DNA from: Candidatus Omnitrophota bacterium
GTDB taxonomy: Bacteria; Omnitrophota; Gorgyraeia; JABMRN01; RBG-13-46-9
Direction of reading: 5' to 3'
Length of the DNA stretch: 64,000 bases
Assembly (NCBI GenBank): GCA_020346285.1
Contig: CP070780.1
Span: 1,113,021 to 1,177,020 of the forward strand
Position numbers and translations under genes: made by a program. The notes under the pieces were generated by a model. It worked only from the letters and a program-made list of their open reading frames with translations, made no database searches and was not told the DNA's origin. This document shows positions 38,376-48,786 of the stretch, one piece after another. Each line of letters starts with the position of its first letter. The stretch's first letter is position 1.

Positions 38376-40013
38376 ATGAAAAATAATATCAGAGTTCTTC
38401 TAATGACCTCTAAAAGCGATACCCGGGATTTCTATGTAGCCTCGGCGCCGCCACTGGGTTTGTATCGGTTGCAGCATTACATAGCCGGACGGGGAATTAA
38501 GTGTGATGTGTTGGATTTAGGCGTGCAGCGCGAATTAGAGGAAAAATATCTACGCATGGTTGAAGAAGGATTATACGATATCGTGGGCATGAGCGTTACG
38601 CACCGTAACATGATTCCGGAGCTCGAAACCATATGGAAGTTCCGTGTTGCCAGTGAAAAGAGTAAAAAAAGATGTCTATTTATAGCGGGAGGACAAGACG
38701 CGACACTTAACTACAAGCAGTGGCTAAATTCCGGAATTGACCTGATTTTATTAGGTTTTGCCGAAAAAAGTCTATACGAGCTTTGCCTACGGCTTTCAAA
38801 AGGGCAGCATATCGAAACAGGTAAAATGGTCGAAGGGATGGCCGGGTGCGCCGTTCGCAATAGTAATAACCAGATTATTTATCAGCCAAGCGAAATTCTT
38901 ACAGATTCAGAATTCAAGGAGTTTTCGTTTTCTCAGATTATGGAACTGGATATACCCTATGAAATTTACTGGAAAGATTTGGGCAAATTGGACACTGTTG
39001 CCAATTTTCATGAAAACAAATTTGTTGCAAAAACAGTCAGGCTTTATACAGCGAGCCATTGCCCCATGAATTGCGGTTACTGCAGTTCGCGCTCCTTTAT
39101 CCCCGAATCACAAAAGAGAAAGTCTCCGGTTTTTATGCTCTCGGCTTCCGAGGTTCATCAATTAATCGTGCATCACGTAAAAAAATACGGCGCCATGGGC
39201 TTTCTTTTCTGCGAAGACGATTTTATGATTGGGAGCCCGAAGGGAATACAGCGTGTAGTTGATGTATGCCGCCTAATTGCGAGGTCAAAGGAAGACGGCA
39301 CTATTCCAGAAGATACCCTTTTTAACTGTCAAGCGCGAATCGATGATTTTTTGATTAGGAAAGGCCCGAATAAAAAGGTTGTAAATTTGGAAGTTATGGA
39401 CGTTCTGAAGCGTGCGGGATTTCGTGGGTTCGGAATCGGCGTTGAGACATTTTCCGACAGATTGCTTAAGTGTAAGTCGGTTAACAAGTTTGCATACTCT
39501 TACCAGGACTCCCGTTTAGTGCTTGACAGTATGTTAGAAAAGGGACTAAACCCAACGATCAACCTCATATTGGCGATCCCTGAGTCCACGGTAGAAGATA
39601 TGGTTCACTCGATGGAGGTAGCCGTAGAGTATTTCGAGAAGGGATGTCAGATGGCGGTTAGTGCGTTAATGGATTCATTTCCAGGCTCGACGATTCACGG
39701 TACAAAGGATTATCCGGCAACGACGAAAGAATGGAAAAACCCTTATACCAAAGAGATTGTTTCTATCGATGATTACTTTATTCCTAAAAACGATAGGATA
39801 GCCAGTATTACGAGCCGGTTTAGAGAGGTATCCTCTGATGAGCTGGAGAAATTGAAAATTGATGCCTCATGGACGAATTCAGCCGTTCCTAAACCGATTA
39901 CCGGGCTATCTAATTTTATAGGCATTTCAAAATTGCTAGGGAAGCATGATCTGGCTAAGCGCTTCAGGGATGTAACCTACGAGGCATTATGCAAAGAGAC
40001 AATCTTTTCTTAA
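38376..40013 (+). CDS. Cobalamin-binding radical SAM enzyme (divergent)
   Basis: APPLGL, AGG, HCPMNCGYC, EDDF, GVETFS. Confidence 0.85.
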   Translation: MKNNIRVLLMTSKSDTRDFYVASAPPLGLYRLQHYIAGRGIKCDVLDLGVQRELEEKYLRMVEEGLYDIVGMSVTHRNMIPELETIWKFRVASEKSKKRCLFIAGGQDATLNYKQWLNSGIDLILLGFAEKSLYELCLRLSKGQHIETGKMVEGMAGCAVRNSNNQIIYQPSEILTDSEFKEFSFSQIMELDIPYEIYWKDLGKLDTVANFHENKFVAKTVRLYTASHCPMNCGYCSSRSFIPESQKRKSPVFMLSASEVHQLIVHHVKKYGAMGFLFCEDDFMIGSPKGIQRVVDVCRLIARSKEDGTIPEDTLFNCQARIDDFLIRKGPNKKVVNLEVMDVLKRAGFRGFGIGVETFSDRLLKCKSVNKFAYSYQDSRLVLDSMLEKGLNPTINLILAIPESTVEDMVHSMEVAVEYFEKGCQMAVSALMDSFPGSTIHGTKDYPATTKEWKNPYTKEIVSIDDYFIPKNDRIASITSRFREVSSDELEKLKIDASWTNSAVPKPITGLSNFIGISKLLGKHDLAKRFRDVTYEALCKETIFS

Positions 40014-40028
40014 AAGGGGGGCTATTAT

Positions 40029-41243
40029 ATGAACAATGGTAAATTAGCTATCTATGGCGGGCCAAAGATAAGAAAAAAACCCTTGCCATATCGGAAGCTT
40101 TTTGACGAAGAGGAATTGGAAAACGTGAAGAGGGTTTTTAAGGACAGTTGGCGGGAGGGGGTTGATTTCGGCTATCAGGGTAAATACGAGAAACTGTATA
40201 CAGACAAATTTTGCGATTTTCAAGGCGGCGGATTCGCTGATGCGGTATCTTCAGGAACAGCAGCCGTCTATCTTGCGTTAAAGGCTTTCGATATTGAACC
40301 CGGAAACGATGTCATTGTCTCTCCTGTTACCAATCCCGGTAGTGTTACTCCTGCTGTAATCCAGGGCATGAACATCGTCATTGCGGATTCCGCGCCGGAT
40401 AGTTTTAACATCGGGCCGGATGAATTTGAAAAAGCGTTAACTTCCGATACCCGCGCCGCAATTTTAACCCATCTGGGCGGGCAACCTATTGATATAGAGC
40501 CGATAATAGAAATAGCAAAGTCAAGGGGCATCAAGGTAATCGAAGATTGCTCACAGGCTCACGGCGCGTTATACAAGGGAGAAAGAGTTGGGCGTTTTGG
40601 GGATATCGCTGCTTCTTCGACCATGTTTTCGAAAACCCTTGCCACCGGAGGATGCGGGGGCCTTGTCTATATGCAGAACGAAGATTACTATTGGTTAATC
40701 CGTTCCCTGGCCGACAGGGGTAAGCATTTTCGCCTTCCCGACTTTGATTTTAGGGATACCGGCCAATGCCTGTTCCCGGCCTTGAATTTTAATCTCGATG
40801 AGCTATCCTGCGCCATCGGCCTTTCGATTCTTTCCCGATTACAGAGCATTATAGATAAGCGCCTTGAAATAACAGCTAAGATAGATACTTCCCTTGAGGC
40901 GTCGTCAGTGGTATTTCCCTGCCGAAGCCGGGACGATTGCAAACCGTCCCCCTTCTTTCATACTGTTGGGGTTGCCGTTGACAAGCTGAAGGTATCAAAA
41001 AAGGAGTTCGCAAAAGCTGTCGCCGCGGAGGGCATTTGGATTAATCCTCACTATAGCCAACTTGTCTCCGAGTGGAAGTGGTTGCATAAATACGTGAAAA
41101 ATGGCTTGAAGACACCCAACGCCAGACGCTTCAGGGATAGGACATTTAATCTCCTATTTAATGAGAAGTTTTCAGATGGCGAAGTCGAAGATATAATTTC
41201 GAGCGTAGTTAAAGTTGAATCGTTTTTTAAAAAAGATCGATGA
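40029..41243 (+). CDS. DegT-family aminotransferase
   Basis: LAIYGG, SGTAA, EDCSQAHG, STMFSKTLATGGCGG. Confidence 0.9.
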   Translation: MNNGKLAIYGGPKIRKKPLPYRKLFDEEELENVKRVFKDSWREGVDFGYQGKYEKLYTDKFCDFQGGGFADAVSSGTAAVYLALKAFDIEPGNDVIVSPVTNPGSVTPAVIQGMNIVIADSAPDSFNIGPDEFEKALTSDTRAAILTHLGGQPIDIEPIIEIAKSRGIKVIEDCSQAHGALYKGERVGRFGDIAASSTMFSKTLATGGCGGLVYMQNEDYYWLIRSLADRGKHFRLPDFDFRDTGQCLFPALNFNLDELSCAIGLSILSRLQSIIDKRLEITAKIDTSLEASSVVFPCRSRDDCKPSPFFHTVGVAVDKLKVSKKEFAKAVAAEGIWINPHYSQLVSEWKWLHKYVKNGLKTPNARRFRDRTFNLLFNEKFSDGEVEDIISSVVKVESFFKKDR

Positions 41244-41264
41244 CAGAGAGCGAAGAAGTATTAG

Positions 41265-42374
41265 ATGATATCAGATAAAGATTTATATAGCCAGAATAAA
41301 TTGCTACAACATTTAGAGAGATTACTTATGTGGAAGAGGGAAGGATTCGCGCACCCTATTTTTATAGACCTTGATCTTACGAATAGATGCAACAATAGAT
41401 GCCCTTTATGCGTTACTTCTCAAAATAGAGATCAAACAACAATGCCTTTCGGGCTTGCGAAAGATGTTATTTCACAACTTAAAAGTATGAATGTAAAGGC
41501 CATTCTGTTAGTCGGAGGCGGTGACCCTACCTGTCACCCTAATCTGGGGGAGGTAATAAGATTCATAAAACGAAAAGGTTTAGAAGTCGCGATCAATACC
41601 AACGCATATAAGATATCAAAAGATACTATAAAGACTATAGTTCGCTGTTGCGCATGGGTAAGAATAAGTTTAGACGCTGGCACCCCGGCAATTTATAAAA
41701 AAACACACGCTATGAATAAAAAAGCATTTTATCAGGTTGTGGACAACATATCTAATTTAGTTGACGAAAAACGAAAGCGTAAACGTAATATAGTTCTCGG
41801 AGCTACGTATCTAATCGGCCCCCATACTATAGAGGGGATATATGATGCAGCGCGGTTATGCAAAAAAATAGGCCTTGATAAGTTAAGATACAGGTTGTTT
41901 GAGCCGGAGATTGACGGTACAGAAATCAGCCTATCCAAGGACGAAAGAAAAAAAGCCGCGCCTGTAAGGCCGTGGAGCTTCACAAAAAAAGAAAAAGAAA
42001 ACATGTTTAACGAGCTGAAGAGGTGTAAAGAATTTGAAGATGAATATTTTTCATTCTCCTATTCCGAAGATAGATTTGAAGCAGTAATAAAAGGAAAATC
42101 ACGTAGTTGTAAAAGGTGCCATATCACCCACTTTATTACGTCCATAACCCCTGACCTCAAAGTATACCCTTGTCCTTATCTAAAAAACATTGAAAAATAT
42201 TGTTTAGGAGATCTGACAAAAGAGAATTTTAAAGAAATATGGTTTTCTGATAAACGGAAGAAAACTTCTGAAAAAATAAATGTCGAAAGGTGTTTCCACT
42301 CTTGCAAATATGAAAAACAAAACGAATTATTGCACAATATAAAAAAAGCAATGTTTCATCCGAATTTTTTATAA
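41265..42374 (+). CDS. Radical SAM/SPASM protein
   Basis: CNNRCPLC, GGGDP, ISLDAG, CH...VYPC...C..SC, HPNFL. Confidence 0.9.
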   Translation: MISDKDLYSQNKLLQHLERLLMWKREGFAHPIFIDLDLTNRCNNRCPLCVTSQNRDQTTMPFGLAKDVISQLKSMNVKAILLVGGGDPTCHPNLGEVIRFIKRKGLEVAINTNAYKISKDTIKTIVRCCAWVRISLDAGTPAIYKKTHAMNKKAFYQVVDNISNLVDEKRKRKRNIVLGATYLIGPHTIEGIYDAARLCKKIGLDKLRYRLFEPEIDGTEISLSKDERKKAAPVRPWSFTKKEKENMFNELKRCKEFEDEYFSFSYSEDRFEAVIKGKSRSCKRCHITHFITSITPDLKVYPCPYLKNIEKYCLGDLTKENFKEIWFSDKRKKTSEKINVERCFHSCKYEKQNELLHNIKKAMFHPNFL

Positions 42375-42392
42375 AAGGTGTATAAGAGGTGC

Positions 42393-42494
42393 ATGAAAAC
42401 CCGGGATTTTTTACGAAAAATTTTGGCAATGTTAACCGTTCCCACAACCGAAATGTTACCAAACAGGAGAAATTATGAAAGACAAAATGAGTGA
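42393..42494 (+). pseudogene. 5' stub (33 codons) of the TIGR04372-like gene at 43333
   Basis: MKTRDFLRKILAMLTVP vs MKSRDFLRKILAMLTIP; 47/51 nt identical; has its own GAGGTG SD. Confidence 0.75.
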
Positions 42495-43230
42495 TTTTAG
42501 GAGCAGCAGCCCACAGGAGCTTGCTATCAGAAGAAAATTCTTGGAACATTATAAAAAAAGTCCCATTCCTGATGATCAGCTCTTTGTAAACCTCGGGCTT
42601 TTTCTGAACACCAAAAATTTATCTCGAATCTTATTTATGAATGATATATACAAACAAATTATTGATGTTCAAGGGATTATTGTTGAATTTGGTACAAGAT
42701 GGGGTCCAAACCTGTCACTTTTTGCTGCTTTGCGAGGAATTTATGAGCCATATAACATACAGAGAAAAATAGTTGGATTTGATACGTTTGAAGGATTTCC
42801 AGGCCTATCAGAAAAAGACAGCTCTAGTGATATGATGAAAATAGGTAATCTTTCCTGTTCAGAAGGATATGTTGATTATCTTACAAAGGTGATGGAATTC
42901 CAAGAAGCTGATAATCCTGTCTCACACATCAAGAAATTTGAGATAAGAAAGGGAGATGCAAACATTGAAGTGGTGAAATATCTTGAAGAAAACCCGGAAA
43001 CGATTATTGCTTTGGCTTTTTTTGATTTCGACATTTACGAACCGACTAAAAATTGTTTGCAAGCTATAAAACCCCACTTGGTAAAAGGGAGTTTATTGTG
43101 TTTTGATGAATTGAATGCCCATAGTGCCCCGGGAGAAACTATAGCATTGAAAGAGGTATACGGACTTAATAATATAAAGTTACGACGGCCCCGCTACACC
43201 ACGAGAGTATCGTACTTTATTATAGAATAA
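42475..43230 (+). CDS. TylF/MycF/NovP-like sugar O-methyltransferase family protein
   Basis: VEFGTRWG, GFDTFEGFP, KGDA, FDFDIYEPT, FDE. Confidence 0.75.
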   Translation: MKDKMSDFRSSSPQELAIRRKFLEHYKKSPIPDDQLFVNLGLFLNTKNLSRILFMNDIYKQIIDVQGIIVEFGTRWGPNLSLFAALRGIYEPYNIQRKIVGFDTFEGFPGLSEKDSSSDMMKIGNLSCSEGYVDYLTKVMEFQEADNPVSHIKKFEIRKGDANIEVVKYLEENPETIIALAFFDFDIYEPTKNCLQAIKPHLVKGSLLCFDELNAHSAPGETIALKEVYGLNNIKLRRPRYTTRVSYFIIE

Positions 43231-43238
43231 AGCGTTAC

Positions 43239-43366
43239 TATAACCCTGGGCGCTTACAGGGACGAACGGAGAGAAAGGAAACGATTGTCACTTTATGACC
43301 GCCGAATATCTAAATTTGAAGGAGAAAAACAGATGAAAAGCCGGGATTTTTTACGAAAAATATTGG
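43239..43366 (+). repeat. Direct repeat copy B: internally deleted copy of the methyltransferase 3' end, plus gene start
   Basis: TATAACCCTGGGCGCTTA... and CGATT.TCACTTTATGACCG.CGAATATCTAAATTTG match 29579-29789. Confidence 0.85.
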
Positions 43367-44505
43367 CAATGTTGACCATTCCCGCAGTACTTGTAATACG
43401 GATATTGCGGCCGTTCGTGCTAATCCGTTTTGGAAAACTCCTTAGCGATAGAATAGGTCATTTTGCCATCAATACAGAAGAATATCTGTGCGAGAAGGAT
43501 GCGGGCATGTACGGCCGGCGAATCTTTGATATTTTTTATACCGTTAAACCAATTTGCAATCAACAGTTGAAAAAGATGTGGAGCCGCATACTGCACATTT
43601 CCAAGATTGCGCATTTTTTTGATATTGCCAATAGATGCTTACCGGGATATGAGGACCATTCGGTTTCCTTGCTAGGGCTTATGGATGTTCATGGTCTCTT
43701 TGTGCGTACCGCGCCGCATCTTTCTTTTACCCCAAAAGAGGAACGTATGGGGCTTGATGGGCTCCGGAAGATGGGCATACCTGAAGGCGTTCCTTTTGTC
43801 TGTTTTCATGCACGCAATCAGGCTTACCTGGAAACCGTGTATCCGAAAGCGGATTGGCACAGTCACAGCCACCGTAATTCGGACATTTATAATTATATCC
43901 CGGCAGTAGAAAAATTAGTAAATAGGGGGTATTTTGCTATTAGGATGGGTGCTGTTGTAAAAAAGAAATTGAATAACAATAACCCAAGGATTATCGATTA
44001 TGCCGTAAATCACAGGACAGATTTTCTTGACATATACCTCTTGGCTAAATGCAAATTTCTTATTAATAACGAGGCAGGTATTCATGGCGTATCCGTGATT
44101 TTCAGGAGACCGGTGGTTGAGGCAAATATCGTCCACATTGACCCCCCAAATCTCATCAAAGGGGAAAATAGTTTATTTATCTTAAAAAAATTATGGTCGC
44201 GAAGAAAAGGTCGCTTTTTGACTTTTAAAGAAATACTCAACACCGGCATAGGAAAATTTTCTACAGCCCAACAATATGAAAAGTCCCAAATAGAGTTAAT
44301 AGAGAACACACCGGAAGAAATCAGCGCTGTTTCCATGGAGATGGATGAGCGATTGAAGAATACATGGCAGACGACCGAAAAAGATGAGCAGTTGCAGCAG
44401 CAATTTTGGGCAATACTTAAGCCAATCTGCCCTAATGAAAATGGAATAATTTTTCCACGACTTGGCGCAGAATTTTTGCGCCAGAATAAAGAATTGTTAA
44501 AGTAG
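43333..44505 (+). CDS. Putative glycosyltransferase, TIGR04372-like family
   Basis: SDRIGHFA, CFHARN..YL, RNSDI, IRMG, IIDYA, DFLDIYL, ENTPEEI; family recognised from memory. Confidence 0.75.
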   Translation: MKSRDFLRKILAMLTIPAVLVIRILRPFVLIRFGKLLSDRIGHFAINTEEYLCEKDAGMYGRRIFDIFYTVKPICNQQLKKMWSRILHISKIAHFFDIANRCLPGYEDHSVSLLGLMDVHGLFVRTAPHLSFTPKEERMGLDGLRKMGIPEGVPFVCFHARNQAYLETVYPKADWHSHSHRNSDIYNYIPAVEKLVNRGYFAIRMGAVVKKKLNNNNPRIIDYAVNHRTDFLDIYLLAKCKFLINNEAGIHGVSVIFRRPVVEANIVHIDPPNLIKGENSLFILKKLWSRRKGRFLTFKEILNTGIGKFSTAQQYEKSQIELIENTPEEISAVSMEMDERLKNTWQTTEKDEQLQQQFWAILKPICPNENGIIFPRLGAEFLRQNKELLK

Positions 44506-44519
44506 GAAGGAATATAAGA

Positions 44520-46280
44520 TTGAAGGCTTTAACTTTTATTCGTGATATCTTCAGAAAATATCCCACATTAGTTACAGTTACAACGGTACTGGTAGTTTTT
44601 GTTAGTGTAGTTGAGGCGGCTTGTCTTTTTACCGTTGGCCCGCTTGTTGATGTTTTAATTCATCCTGCTCTCGAGAACATCAGCCCTCTTACCCAAAAGG
44701 TAATGAACGTTATGCAATTTTTTGATATTCCACTGGTATTAAAAAGCTGCTTAATTGTTTTTATTGTATTTGTCATTTTAAGCAGCGCTTTGCGTATCTT
44801 GGTGCGGTATTCTATTTTGAGTATTAAATATATCGTGCTTCGCGATCTTACGGTTGGAACATTTAGTGATTTTTTCCACGCGAGGTGGTATTTTTTTAGC
44901 AGCAGTGGACAGGGCAAACTTTTAAATACTTTCCTGCGCGAACTTAATATTGTAGCCGAGGCCTTCAGGGCAGTAGCATATTTTTTTGCGGGGACCTTGC
45001 AATTAATTTTTTATCTGGCAATTCCGTTTTATATCTCCTGGCAAGTGACGAGCATTAGCCTTATGAGCGCAATTTTACTTTCCTGCCCCTTTATTTTACT
45101 CGGGAAAATCTGCTATTGGTTAGGTAAATTGAATACCGAGACAAGCAATCGGCTAGCCGCCCTCATACAGGAGAACTTTACATTAGCCAAAGTTGTTCTG
45201 GGCTTTGGCAAGCAAGAAAAAAGCATTGATAATCTTGCTTCTACTTTTGATGTTCATCGCAAAATAACCGTTAAGAGCCAGACAATTAACTTAGCCATAC
45301 CAATTCTTTATCGCCCGCTTGGCGTGGCGGTATTAGCTGCGGCCATTATTTCGGCGCAATGGTTCAAAATTCCCATTTCAGAAATGGCAGTATTGCTATT
45401 GGCATTGCTGCAGGTTGTTGTCTCTATAGGTAATTTGATAATGCGAAAAAATTCACTGGATAACTCCCTTCCCAGCTATGAACAGGTCAATGATTTACAA
45501 CGTAAAGCAAAAGAATGGAAGCAAGCCACGGGCGGTAAAATATTTTCGGGGTTTAATAAAGAAATAATTATTGAAGGTGTTTCGTTTGCCTACCCGGGGC
45601 ATGAGCCGGTGTTAAAGGACATTAATGTTAAAATTCCGAAGGGAAAAATGATTGCCTTTGTTGGTAAATCAGGCGCGGGAAAATCAACGCTGATTGACAT
45701 GATTATGGGATTTAACGAATTTATAACCGGGCGAATTACATTTGATGGCGTGAATATCGAAGAATTTAACGTCAGTTCATATCGTAAGCGCATCGGTTAC
45801 GTACCTCAGGACAGCATTCTTTTTAATATGACTATTAGAGATAACTTGCTCTGGGCCAAGGAAGATGCTACCCAAGAGGAGATCAAGTATGCTTGCCGCC
45901 AGGCAAACGCAGATGAGTTTATAGAAGCATTTTCGCATGGGTACGATACATTAGTGGGGGACCGTGGTATTCGCCTGTCAGGTGGCCAGTGCCAAAGGGT
46001 AGCATTGGCCAGAGCGATATTAAGGAGACCCGAGCTTCTTATTCTGGATGAAGCTACCAGTTCTCTGGATAGCCGTTCCGAACGATTGATCCAAGAGGCC
46101 ACTGAAAATATTGCCAAGGAAACCACGGTTATTGTCATTGCGCATCGCCTTTCCACGATTGTAAATGCGGATTATATGTATGTAATGGAAAAAGGAAGGA
46201 TAGTCGAACAAGGGATATATTCTGACCTGGTTAAAATGAACGGCCATTTTAACCGTATGGTAAAACTTCAGGTATTGTAA
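44520..46280 (+). CDS. ABC exporter, fused permease and ATPase (MsbA/PglK-like flippase)
   Basis: N-terminal TM helices; GKSGAGKST, LSGGQ, LILDEATS, AHRLST. Confidence 0.9.
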   Translation: MKALTFIRDIFRKYPTLVTVTTVLVVFVSVVEAACLFTVGPLVDVLIHPALENISPLTQKVMNVMQFFDIPLVLKSCLIVFIVFVILSSALRILVRYSILSIKYIVLRDLTVGTFSDFFHARWYFFSSSGQGKLLNTFLRELNIVAEAFRAVAYFFAGTLQLIFYLAIPFYISWQVTSISLMSAILLSCPFILLGKICYWLGKLNTETSNRLAALIQENFTLAKVVLGFGKQEKSIDNLASTFDVHRKITVKSQTINLAIPILYRPLGVAVLAAAIISAQWFKIPISEMAVLLLALLQVVVSIGNLIMRKNSLDNSLPSYEQVNDLQRKAKEWKQATGGKIFSGFNKEIIIEGVSFAYPGHEPVLKDINVKIPKGKMIAFVGKSGAGKSTLIDMIMGFNEFITGRITFDGVNIEEFNVSSYRKRIGYVPQDSILFNMTIRDNLLWAKEDATQEEIKYACRQANADEFIEAFSHGYDTLVGDRGIRLSGGQCQRVALARAILRRPELLILDEATSSLDSRSERLIQEATENIAKETTVIVIAHRLSTIVNADYMYVMEKGRIVEQGIYSDLVKMNGHFNRMVKLQVL

Positions 46281-47272
46281 TGAGAAACATAATAATCGAG
46301 GTAAATTCAAATTTCCACCATATTGCCGGCGAGGATCTTTCCGATAAGGCGGACAATCGCTTCAGGGAATACAGGAAAAAGTGGGAAGAGTGGCCGAAAA
46401 ATTTCCATACGGGGGAATTTCCTCTTTTTATTGATGTTGAGGCAACAAGTGCTTGTAATCTGAAATGCCCTTTTTGTGCCACCACGTTCATGGAGAAGAG
46501 AATAAAAAAAGGATTTATATCATTTGATATCGTAAAGGGGATAATTGACGAAGGTGCCGAGAACGGCTTATACGGAATAAAACTTAACATTAGAGGAGAG
46601 CCGTTATTACATCCCCAGATTCACGATTTTGTAGAATATGCTAAAAAGAGAGGCCTTATAGATGTTTATTTCAATACCAATGCCATGCTACTTACGGAAG
46701 AGATTTCAAGGAAGTTGGTTGATGCGGGACTCGATAGGATCTCGATTTCTTTTGAAGGTTTCACGAAAGATGTTTATGAAGAATGCAGACCGGGCGCAAG
46801 CTATGAAAAGGTTTTGGCAAATATCGAAAATTTACAGACGTTAAAAAGAAAACTCGGTGTTGACCACCCAAAAGTGAGAGTTCAGGCAGTAATGATGAAA
46901 GATTTGTGGCCCACCTTTGATGAATATAAAAAATTCTGGTCAGAGCGAGCGGATGAGGCAGGCTTTCTGGACTTTAAAGAAATGAAGCGCAAAAGAACGG
47001 GTATTCGGTATCCATGGGCCTGCCCGCAAATTTGGCAGAGGATGGCTGTTTGGTGGGATGGCACCGTATTACCCTGTAACCATGATGACGACGGTCTCCT
47101 TGCGCTTGGAAACATACAAAAGGTGTCAATAAAAAAAGCATGGAATTCGCGAAAGTTGCAAGAGATAAGAAATAGCCATAAAAATGGAATCGCGCACGAA
47201 CTTAGTGCATGCAACGGGTGCTATTTACGGGATAGCGAGATACTCAAGCTTGTCGATAAGGATAAGTTGTAA
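46280..47272 (+). CDS. Radical SAM/SPASM protein
   Basis: CNLKCPFC, RGEPLLH, CPQIW...DGTVLPC...CNGC. Confidence 0.9.
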   Translation: MRNIIIEVNSNFHHIAGEDLSDKADNRFREYRKKWEEWPKNFHTGEFPLFIDVEATSACNLKCPFCATTFMEKRIKKGFISFDIVKGIIDEGAENGLYGIKLNIRGEPLLHPQIHDFVEYAKKRGLIDVYFNTNAMLLTEEISRKLVDAGLDRISISFEGFTKDVYEECRPGASYEKVLANIENLQTLKRKLGVDHPKVRVQAVMMKDLWPTFDEYKKFWSERADEAGFLDFKEMKRKRTGIRYPWACPQIWQRMAVWWDGTVLPCNHDDDGLLALGNIQKVSIKKAWNSRKLQEIRNSHKNGIAHELSACNGCYLRDSEILKLVDKDKL

Positions 47273-48018
47273 TGATTATAGCCATTTTAATGGGAAGAAA
47301 AGGAAGTGTGGGATTTCCCGGTAAGAATGTGTACAGTGTTCTGGGAAGGCCCCTTGCGCATTACCCGATGAGAGCCGCGAAGAATTGCCCTGAGATTGAT
47401 AGGATATACCTTTCTACGGATGACAGACAACTTGCAAAACTCGCAAAAGCAAGTGGCGTGGAGGTTATTAAGCGGCCGCCCAAATTGTGCACTGATAAAG
47501 CCCTCGGCGAAGATGTGTACCTTCATGCATATAATTACGCAAAGAAGAAGAACAAGGTTCAAAAGATCGACCAGGTTATTTTGTTAATGTGTAACGCTGC
47601 TACTATTATGTCCGCAACAATTTCAAAAGGAATAAAAATTTTAAAGAAACACCCGAATTATGATTCCTGCGTTACTGTATCAAAGTATAATATGTGGAGC
47701 CCATTAAGGGCAAGAAAGATTGACAGTGACAATCTTTTAAAACCTTTTATTCCCCTTGAATTGTTTGCTGGCTCAAAGAAATTAAATTGCGACAGGGATT
47801 CACAGGGTGATGTATGGTTTGCCGATATGGGCGTTTCGATAGTCCGGCCCCGGTGTTTAGAAAATATAAAAGCGGGGCTACTTCCGCAAAAATGGATGGG
47901 GCAAAGAATATACCCACTTAAGCAAGATGGCGGCCTTGATGTCGATTACGAATGGCAGATACCGCAAATCGAATACTGGCTGAGAGAACATGGTATTTCC
48001 GGCATAAATAAGGAGTAA
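47272..48018 (+). CDS. Cytidylyltransferase, NeuA/KdsB family (divergent)
   Basis: GRKGSVGFPGKN, LSTDD, KRP, LDVD. Confidence 0.8.
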   Translation: MIIAILMGRKGSVGFPGKNVYSVLGRPLAHYPMRAAKNCPEIDRIYLSTDDRQLAKLAKASGVEVIKRPPKLCTDKALGEDVYLHAYNYAKKKNKVQKIDQVILLMCNAATIMSATISKGIKILKKHPNYDSCVTVSKYNMWSPLRARKIDSDNLLKPFIPLELFAGSKKLNCDRDSQGDVWFADMGVSIVRPRCLENIKAGLLPQKWMGQRIYPLKQDGGLDVDYEWQIPQIEYWLREHGISGINKE

Positions 48019-48022
48019 ACTG

Positions 48023-48763
48023 ATGGGTAACAAGGGCTCAAAAGGGACTGTTTTGATAACCGGCGCAACCGGCGACATAGGACGAGCAATAGCAACCAGA
48101 TTCGCCGGAGGGGGTTGGAATATAATATGCCACTATTTTTCCTCAAAAGAAAGGGCCGTGGCACTGAAGAGCATAATCGAAAAATACAAGGTCAATTGCG
48201 CTTTATTTAGGGCTAATTTGTTGTCGGAGAGGCAATTATCGGTTTTTATTAGCAGGCTTAAGAAAATTAATATTGATAGCCTTATTAATAACGCCGGCAC
48301 TTGTGTTGGGCACAAGCATTTCGATAGATTAACAGTCCGTGATATCACGAGTACATTTATGGTAAATACCTTCGCGCCCACATTACTTGCCGCGGCCGTA
48401 TTTAAGCGCATGAAGGCCAGGCGGTTCGGAAGGGTCGTTAATATAAGCTCGATTGCCGCCAAATACGGCAGTTCGAGCCATTCCATACATTATGGCACTT
48501 CTAAACTTGCATTAGAGGGGTTGACAAAAACCCTTGCCAGAGAAGGCGCCAAACACAATGTGCTTGTAAATACAATCAGGCCGGGCGTGATAAATACAAA
48601 ATTTCATAAAAAATTTCCGAAAGACATGAAAAAAAGAGTTAAACTTATTCCATTAAGAAAGATAGGCACACCGGCTGATATAGCGGATATGGCGTATTGT
48701 CTCGGTAGCGAAAAAAATAATTTTATAACGAATGAAATTATAACAATATCCGGCGGAGAATAA
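48023..48763 (+). CDS. Classical SDR oxidoreductase
   Basis: TGATGDIG, INNAG, NISS, YGTSK, ISGG. Confidence 0.9.
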   Translation: MGNKGSKGTVLITGATGDIGRAIATRFAGGGWNIICHYFSSKERAVALKSIIEKYKVNCALFRANLLSERQLSVFISRLKKINIDSLINNAGTCVGHKHFDRLTVRDITSTFMVNTFAPTLLAAAVFKRMKARRFGRVVNISSIAAKYGSSSHSIHYGTSKLALEGLTKTLAREGAKHNVLVNTIRPGVINTKFHKKFPKDMKKRVKLIPLRKIGTPADIADMAYCLGSEKNNFITNEIITISGGE

Positions 48764-48786
48764 CTTTAAAGACTGGAGGAACAAAA

